From a virus (Duplodnaviria; Caudoviricetes), in the IMG/VR virus record IMGVR_UViG_3300021136_000695, positions 1 through 32,124 of that record: DNA of 32,124 nt. One strand, written 5' to 3'. Every line of letters starts with the position of its first letter. Position 1 is the first letter of the stretch. Shown piece after piece: positions 26,742 to 32,124 of this stretch. Below the pieces are notes generated by a model. It ran no database searches. It had not been told where the DNA came from and saw only the letters and a program-made list of their open reading frames with translations. Both the position numbers and the translations under genes were made by a program.

Positions 26742-26749
26742 CTTATACT
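26742..26749 (-). promoter_or_regulatory. AGTATAAG promoter-like motif for the TnpB/Cas12-like gene
   Basis: Followed by a GAGGA RBS and the ATG; overlapped by a 6-bp inverted repeat AGAGCT/AGCTCT (26738-26761). Confidence 0.5.
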
Positions 26750-26846
26750 CATTTTAGCTCTGGAAGTTCAAAAAGTCCTGGTCACTTTTCTAGCTCACTA
26801 AAGATAAAGAATAAATAATAAATATATTACTCTTTTCTATTCGCTT

Positions 26847-26873
26847 CAAGACTGTTGTCTTTTGCTATAGCTT
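26847..26873 (-). repeat. 27-bp direct repeat, upstream copy, immediately 3' of a TATAAT box
   Basis: Identical to 25302-25328; TATAAT at 26879-26874 abuts it. Confidence 0.95.
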
Positions 26874-27066
26874 ATTATAGAAATTTCAAGGTTTTTTCAG
26901 GACCTCTTGCATGTAAGTTACTGATTCTACTAGTATGACCACTTCCTGACACCCCCTAAACACCTCTAATTTTGGAAAAAACTCTAATTTTTCGGTGCGA
27001 TGTGTAAGTCCAGTAAATTCTGATAACCATATTCTCAACCCTAAGATGAGGATCAAAGGAGTTGAG

Positions 27067-27474
27067 ATGAACATCATTACACCTATAAAATATTTGCAAT
27101 CAGTCATCAGAGAAGACACTCCGGAACGAGTCAGTGCATTTCTTGCCGTAGCCGCTGGACTAGCCTTGGTTGTTGGTTTCCTAGCCATCATTCTAGCCAT
27201 TACCTATTTTCATCAGAAGCTTACTACCGAACTACTCACCATTTCTGGTGCCTTAGTGACCTTATCCACCTTTAATAAGGTTGACCAAAGTCCTATCATC
27301 ACTGCCACTAAGTCAGTGACTAGCACAAGTGAGGGTAATACAGTAACCAACACTGTAAATACTAATACTAGCATTGGTGGCTCTGGTCGCGCCCCAACCC
27401 CCCTACCTGTGCCTTCCCCTACTCCAACAGCCCCATCAGCTAAAGTAGCCCCTGGAGTTGGATCGGACGATTAA
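27067..27474 (+). CDS. membrane protein with one or two hydrophobic helices and a Thr/Pro-rich tail, holin-like candidate
   Basis: VSAFLAVAAGLALVVGFLAIILAITYF and LLTISGALVTL; start placed at ATG 27067 (AAGGAG RBS). Confidence 0.55.
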   Translation: MNIITPIKYLQSVIREDTPERVSAFLAVAAGLALVVGFLAIILAITYFHQKLTTELLTISGALVTLSTFNKVDQSPIITATKSVTSTSEGNTVTNTVNTNTSIGGSGRAPTPLPVPSPTPTAPSAKVAPGVGSDD

Positions 27475-27959
27475 TGATCCCACATGTAAAGGACATCATA
27501 GAGGTAGAATTGGGCAAACACCAATTCAAATTCCACCGTCTAACCTGGAAAGAGGCCATAGGTCAACCCAGAAATAGAGAAGAGCTACTTGCTGCCGCTT
27601 TATCTGAAGTATCTGGAAAGATTATGACTTATGAAGAGGCTTTCAAGGTTATAGTCTCTCTTCCTATCCCCATTCAAGAGAGACTTCACATGATTTACAT
27701 GGGTTCTCAAGATGCAAGACGCCTGTTCACGGCACCTCTAACTTGGTCTGCACCAGATGCCATGGACTATAAAGATATGTTAGATAAAGAAGAGAAAGCC
27801 AGGGACAAAGTGGCTGATGATGCCTCTGCTAACTTCGCTAGTCGTTATGGTCAAGAGGCTCTGGAGGAAGAGCAGGAGTTATCTAAAAAGCTACTCAAAC
27901 AAACTGGTTATAAAGGTGTTCTACTCCAAACAAAAGCTGAAGTTGAGGAGTTGCAATGA
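27474..27959 (+). CDS. hypothetical protein, tail assembly chaperone-like
   Basis: Coupled by TAATG overlap; N-terminal IEVELGKHQFKFHRLTWKE pattern; upstream of the tape-measure-like gene. Confidence 0.55.
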   Translation: MIPHVKDIIEVELGKHQFKFHRLTWKEAIGQPRNREELLAAALSEVSGKIMTYEEAFKVIVSLPIPIQERLHMIYMGSQDARRLFTAPLTWSAPDAMDYKDMLDKEEKARDKVADDASANFASRYGQEALEEEQELSKKLLKQTGYKGVLLQTKAEVEELQ

Positions 27960-29017
27960 GCATTGGCAACGACTTAATGAATGATATTAGTAATGGAAGC
28001 ATGGCAATTAAGAGTTCCGCCTATGCTGAGAAAGTTAAGATCAAGGTAACTGATGCCATGGTTGAAATTCTCATGTTTGGAGCTAGAGTTCGCCCCTTAC
28101 TTCTTAATGGTAAGCGAGTCGGATGGGCCAAAGCCATGTCTTTCAGTGAAAAGAAACAAATTGATACTTGGTACTCGACTGAAACTGAGAGAATTGAGAC
28201 CACACTCACTCATACTACATCCCTTACTCAAGAAGAGATCGACAGCCTGGATATGGTTGAGCTAAATAGTGTTTTGAGGGCAGTTTTACAACTTAATCTA
28301 GCTGATTTGAGTTTATTTCCTTATATTTCAGCCTTTGTATCTACCCAGGCTTCTTTTAATTTGTGGTCCAGCAAATTACACCTTGAACCAAAGACCATAA
28401 CCCTACCTGATGGGTTAAAACTCAGACAGCTATCAATTCCTGACCATACTATGTTGTGGGCGGCTCTATCTTCTTCAAGAATGGATACTATCAACAGGTT
28501 AGAAAACGCTCAAAATGCTGGAACAATAGCCAGAGCTTTCGTAGGAACTGGTGCGGATAACTATAATAATGCCATTAACAAAGCTCTGACTAGCTTGAGG
28601 TCTGACTCCATTGACCCATGGATGGAACTCATTAATTTTATGAATGTTAAAGAGTTACAGAATTTTAATGATGGATATGGCCACTCCCATCAAGATAGTT
28701 CGGTAGAAGGGCTTATGCGAGAGATGAAGGGCATGTCCGAAGGGGATAAGCATGAGGAACTGATGAATGCTTTCCACCAGACTCAAATAAGAATGGAAAA
28801 TGAGAAGATAAAACAGATGAAAGAACTGGCTAAGAGAAGAAGAGCCTTGGATGAGGTTGATGAAAGCACCTATATTATCAGAACTGCGGTGGAAGTGAAG
28901 AAAAAAGAAGCTTTATTGAAACAACAGAACTATGGTTGGGTATTAGATCAACAGAAGCAACTTTTATTAGACCAGGAAAGTGGTCCTCCTCAGAACCGCT
29001 GGTCAAAATATTTGTAA
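27956..29017 (+). CDS. hypothetical protein, possibly tail assembly chaperone-like
   Basis: ATGA overlap with the previous gene; helical acidic protein; context before the tape measure gene. Confidence 0.5.
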   Translation: MSIGNDLMNDISNGSMAIKSSAYAEKVKIKVTDAMVEILMFGARVRPLLLNGKRVGWAKAMSFSEKKQIDTWYSTETERIETTLTHTTSLTQEEIDSLDMVELNSVLRAVLQLNLADLSLFPYISAFVSTQASFNLWSSKLHLEPKTITLPDGLKLRQLSIPDHTMLWAALSSSRMDTINRLENAQNAGTIARAFVGTGADNYNNAINKALTSLRSDSIDPWMELINFMNVKELQNFNDGYGHSHQDSSVEGLMREMKGMSEGDKHEELMNAFHQTQIRMENEKIKQMKELAKRRRALDEVDESTYIIRTAVEVKKKEALLKQQNYGWVLDQQKQLLLDQESGPPQNRWSKYL

Positions 29018-29061
29018 TTTACAGAACAGTGATATTAAACCACTTTTAGAAGGAGACTTTT

Positions 29062-29664
29062 GTGGCCGGTAGGAAAAGAAAAGTAATACCAACAGTTAAA
29101 GTTGAAACAGAAGAACCTAAACCAGAGATAGTGTTAACTTTAGATCAAATTATTGCTGATTTACAAGGCTTTGGTATTGAAGATACCGAAGAAATGATCA
29201 CCTTAAAGGTTGGGGGTAAGGTTATTAACCTTCGTCTGGCAAATATCCCCAGTGAGGCTGAAATTCAAGCTCTCTATTCGGCTGAGGAACTAAAAGGACA
29301 TGCTTGGGTAACTCGTATCAAGTGCGAAGTGCTATCCAGGTCCATTAGTTGGGTTAATGGCTGGTCTTTGAAAGATGCCAACTCTATTTTCATCGTTAAT
29401 CCGATGACTGGAGTAGAAGGCAATATTAGACCAGTTTTAAGGGATCTAATTATGGGTTGGGGTCAGGAAACCGTTAATGTTTTGTGGAAAGTGTTGATGG
29501 TTCACTGCCAGAAGATTGAAGATAGACTATATGAGTCGTTACCTGATGTCTCGGTTATGACAGATGTAGAAAAGAGATTCTTCCAGAAGGCCCTAGAAGA
29601 AATTGACCAGATCAACAAGGAGATTTTAAAGGATACTATTGAGTCTGCTGTAGAGATGGAGTAA
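29062..29664 (+). CDS. hypothetical protein, tail assembly chaperone-like
   Basis: GTG start with AAGGAG RBS; ends 1 bp before the tape-measure-like start. Confidence 0.55.
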   Translation: MAGRKRKVIPTVKVETEEPKPEIVLTLDQIIADLQGFGIEDTEEMITLKVGGKVINLRLANIPSEAEIQALYSAEELKGHAWVTRIKCEVLSRSISWVNGWSLKDANSIFIVNPMTGVEGNIRPVLRDLIMGWGQETVNVLWKVLMVHCQKIEDRLYESLPDVSVMTDVEKRFFQKALEEIDQINKEILKDTIESAVEME

Positions 29665-29665
29665 T

Positions 29666-32124
29666 ATGGCCAGTAATGCCCAACAAATTAAAGATTTAAA
29701 CGCTGTTGTTAGAACTCTATCTGAAAATGTAGATGGAGTTAATAAGTCTATATCCAAAATTGCTGAGGCATTAGGGGATTCTGTAAAACCGGCTAAATTA
29801 TTGGGAAAAGAGCTAAAAAATCTAGGGGAAAGATTAGAAGATACCCTGGATGAAGCTGATTCAATGCAAGATAAATTAAAAAATCTTAGCACCACAGCTA
29901 AAGCTATGTCTAGAATTAATTGGATGGCTGGAGCAACAAACACTCAAGCCGCAGCAGCCTTAGAGAAACAAATTGAAGCAGCAAAAACTTTAAAATCAAA
30001 AATGGATGAAAGCTCTGTGTCTGCTGGAAAGCTCGATAAGCAGATAGTTATCCTTCAAGGTCAATTTAATAAATTGAAGGGAAGTGTCAAAGATGTAAAA
30101 GATATGACAGAAGAGGCACTCAACCCGGATCAAGTTACTGAGCTAAAAGAAGAATTAGAAAAAGCATCCAATGAAGTTAAATCCTTTAGTAGAAGTATAT
30201 CCACTATTGATTTTAAACGAAGCAAAGTGGCTATGGAAGGTTTCGGTTCTTCTATGACAGGTATATTTGGCGGAGCCTTAGGCACCATGAAGATAATGGA
30301 TTCCTACGGATTTAAAAATTTAACTACTACTTTGCACAAGATGAAAGTGCAGTCAGCAGAAGTTAAAAAAAGTATGGAAAGTGGAGAAGGAAAAGCAAAA
30401 CAAGAAGAAATAAGAAATATTTTGTCCACTGGAACAAAAGAAGAGAGAAAAGCCGCACTAAAGAAAGCTCAATTAGAGTCCGGAGTTGACCCCCACTCGG
30501 CTAAAGGATTTGCTGATTCTATGTTAAATAGACTTATGGCTAAAAGGGTGGAAGGAGGAAAAGGACAAACTTTAACTAAAATGTTTGCTCAAGGTGGAGG
30601 GTCCATTACAGAAGGTATTGGAATGAGTTCCATGATGGGAATTACCAAATTTTTAGGCCCAATAGGAATGGCTATTACTGCTATAGGAGGGTTATTGGCT
30701 GCTTTTGGTGCTGTAGGAGATAGAAGAAAAGGTACTTATGAAGCCCTAGGTAAAGGTGGTCTACTAGGAACTGGTGTGGTACCTAGAGAAGCCTATAATA
30801 AATTACAAGAACAACTTAGTGCTAGAGGCGGGGGTGCTGAAGGGCCGGATCCTGGTAAAGATTGGTTTGAGAGTAGTGTTATGGGCTTAAATTATGAAAA
30901 AAATATGGCCACTGTCAAAGCTCTAGTAGAAAATGGTATTGGGGTTAGTGCCATTGGAAATAAGAATGCTTTTGCTGAATTAAAGGGGGGACGAGCTACT
31001 ACAATGATGGGCGGAATTATGAGAAATGCCAATTATTTTGGTCATAATCTCGGGATGGCACCAGAAGAGTCGGTAGCATTGACAGTTAAGGCCATTGGTG
31101 AATTTAATATGTCTTTTGGCGAGACAGAGGATCTATTTATAAATATTAATAGGGGGGTAACTGCTGCGGGGGTATCAACCACTAAATATTTAGGAATAAT
31201 TGATAATATTGCTGGCCAATTTAGTAGGTTTAACAAAACTATGAGTGAAACAGTTATCATAATTACCGCTATGGGAAGGTCCGGAAAATACACCGCTGAC
31301 TATATCCAAGAAATGGTAGGATCACTTATTGGTGGGGACAAAACTAATGAACAAAGAGCTTTTGGTTATAGTCAAATGTCAGAAGAAGACAGAAGAGGAT
31401 TAGCAAGAGGTTATCGTGAGCAAGCTAATGAAGCTGGAAGACAGCTTACAAAGGCCACTGGAGTTGATTTAACAACACTCTCACCAAGAGAGCGACATGC
31501 TTTTATGGATAAATATCACAAAGATGAAAAGTTGGGTCAATTTGTCTCTCAATATGAACAAGCACAGTTAGCAGCAGGAACTTGGGAGACAGCCGTTGGT
31601 AAAGAAGGAAATGCTGGTGCTTTAGCAATGGCAGGAGCGGCACAAAATTTAGGAAAAACCCCTAGAAGTGAGATGGCCGCTAATATATCTCTCATAAACA
31701 CCCTTATGAAAAATAGAGAAGGTGGAGAAGGTGGTGACTTGATGGATGTGTTAAATCCTGAAAAGATGCAGGGAATATTAGCTGACTATGGATTTGGTGA
31801 GAAAGCTAAGATGATGGGAGTTAAGCCAGAAACTCTTGCAACTACCCTTAAGGATGCTCTATTACAAGCCGAGGGAGCTTTTGAAGATACAAAAAAAGAA
31901 GCCATGATGAAGGAAGAATTAAAAGGTAAAAAGGGAACACCTGAAGAAATTGCAGCAGCTAAAGTAAAAGTTGAAGAAAAGTTTGCAGCTAGAACCCCTG
32001 CCCAAAAACAAAAAGATTCTGAAGAATTTGCAGCGGCTATGAGGCAGGGCAATTTTGGAAAATTAGCTGGAGTTGTAACTGATGCTCAAAGAAAAGAAGA
32101 GGAACAAAAAGCTGAACAAAATTT
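29666..32124 (+). CDS. tape measure protein-like; runs off the window end
   Basis: Absent from the track, consistent with no stop in the window. From ATG 29666 it reads MASNAQQIKDLNAVVRTLSENVDGVNKSISKIAEAL..., with coiled-coil character and Gly/Ala/Met-rich hydrophobic stretches (FLGPIGMAITAIGGLLAAFGAVG). I translated only the first roughly 400 codons by hand. Confidence 0.78.
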   Translation, partial: MASNAQQIKDLNAVVRTLSENVDGVNKSISKIAEALGDSVKPAKLLGKELKNLGERLEDTLDEADSMQDKLKNLSTTAKAMSRINWMAGATNTQAAAALEKQIEAAKTLKSKMDESSVSAGKLDKQIVILQGQFNKLKGSVKDVKDMTEEALNPDQVTELKEELEKASNEVKSFSRSISTIDFKRSKVAMEGFGSSMTGIFGGALGTMKIMDSYGFKNLTTTLHKMKVQSAEVKKSMESGEGKAKQEEIRNILSTGTKEERKAALKKAQLESGVDPHSAKGFADSMLNRLMAKRVEGGKGQTLTKMFAQGGGSITEGIGMSSMMGITKFLGPIGMAITAIGGLLAAFGAVGDRRKGTYEALGKGGLLGTGVVPREAYNKLQEQLSARGGGAEGPDPGKDWFESSVMGLNYEKNMATVKALVENGIGVSAIGNKNAFAELKGGRATTMMGGIMRNANYFGHNLGMAPEESVALTVKAIGEFNMSFGETEDLFININRGVTAAGVSTTKYLGIIDNIAGQFSRFNKTMSETVIIITAMGRSGKYTADYIQEMVGSLIGGDKTNEQRAFGYSQMSEEDRRGLARGYREQANEAGRQLTKATGVDLTTLSPRERHAFMDKYHKDEKLGQFVSQYEQAQLAAGTWETAVGKEGNAGALAMAGAAQNLGKTPRSEMAANISLINTLMKNREGGEGGDLMDVLNPEKMQGILADYGFGEKAKMMGVKPETLATTLKDALLQAEGAFEDTKKEAMMKEELKGKKGTPEEIAAAKVKVEEKFAARTPAQKQKDSEEFAAAMRQGNFGKLAGVVTDAQRKEEEQKAEQN

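Noticed and set aside
25302-26873. Canonical CRISPR array
   Set aside because: Only two repeat copies, 1.5 kb apart with a gene between them and no cas1/cas2; reported as repeats and a hypothesis instead.
25288-26898. 9-nt match (AAAAACCTT) between the sequence after the downstream repeat and the upstream promoter region (26888-26896)
   Set aside because: Too short and AT-rich to call a guide-target pair without experiment.
27474-29664. Programmed -1 frameshift in tail chaperone genes
   Set aside because: I saw no in-frame X XXY YYZ site near the ORF ends I checked; each ORF has its own start.
1-32124. tRNA or rRNA genes
   Set aside because: No cloverleaf or T-loop signature seen in the intergenic gaps I inspected by eye; tRNAscan-SE would be needed to exclude them.

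Overview
This window looks like part of a large (jumbo-like) tailed dsDNA phage genome in the standard genetic code. Bases 1-26720 are almost all on the minus strand. They encode a DinG-type helicase (truncated), two virion fibre/Ig-repeat proteins, an HNH nuclease, an AAA ATPase, an RNA ligase, rIIA/rIIB, NADAR, small early-type ORFs, a LAGLIDADG-dUTPase fusion, a class II ribonucleotide reductase and a methyltransferase-GT2-TPR-GT9 polyprotein. Two free-standing GIY-YIG homing endonucleases are also present. From about 27067 transcription switches to the plus strand: a holin-like membrane protein, three tail-chaperone-like ORFs and a tape-measure-like gene that runs off the window. The most striking item is at the strand switch. 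A 466-aa ORF aligns by eye to TnpB/Cas12f-type proteins, with all three RuvC catalytic positions altered. It is bracketed by two identical 27-bp direct repeats containing a 5-bp stem and 4-nt loop, and one copy starts immediately after a TATAAT box. This is a candidate phage-encoded, nuclease-dead RNA-guided regulator. Also notable is an orphan 3' remnant of a second dUTPase just downstream of the endonuclease-dUTPase fusion, which suggests a homing element that replaces the gene it invades. All protein calls are by-eye motif recognition; no searches were run.
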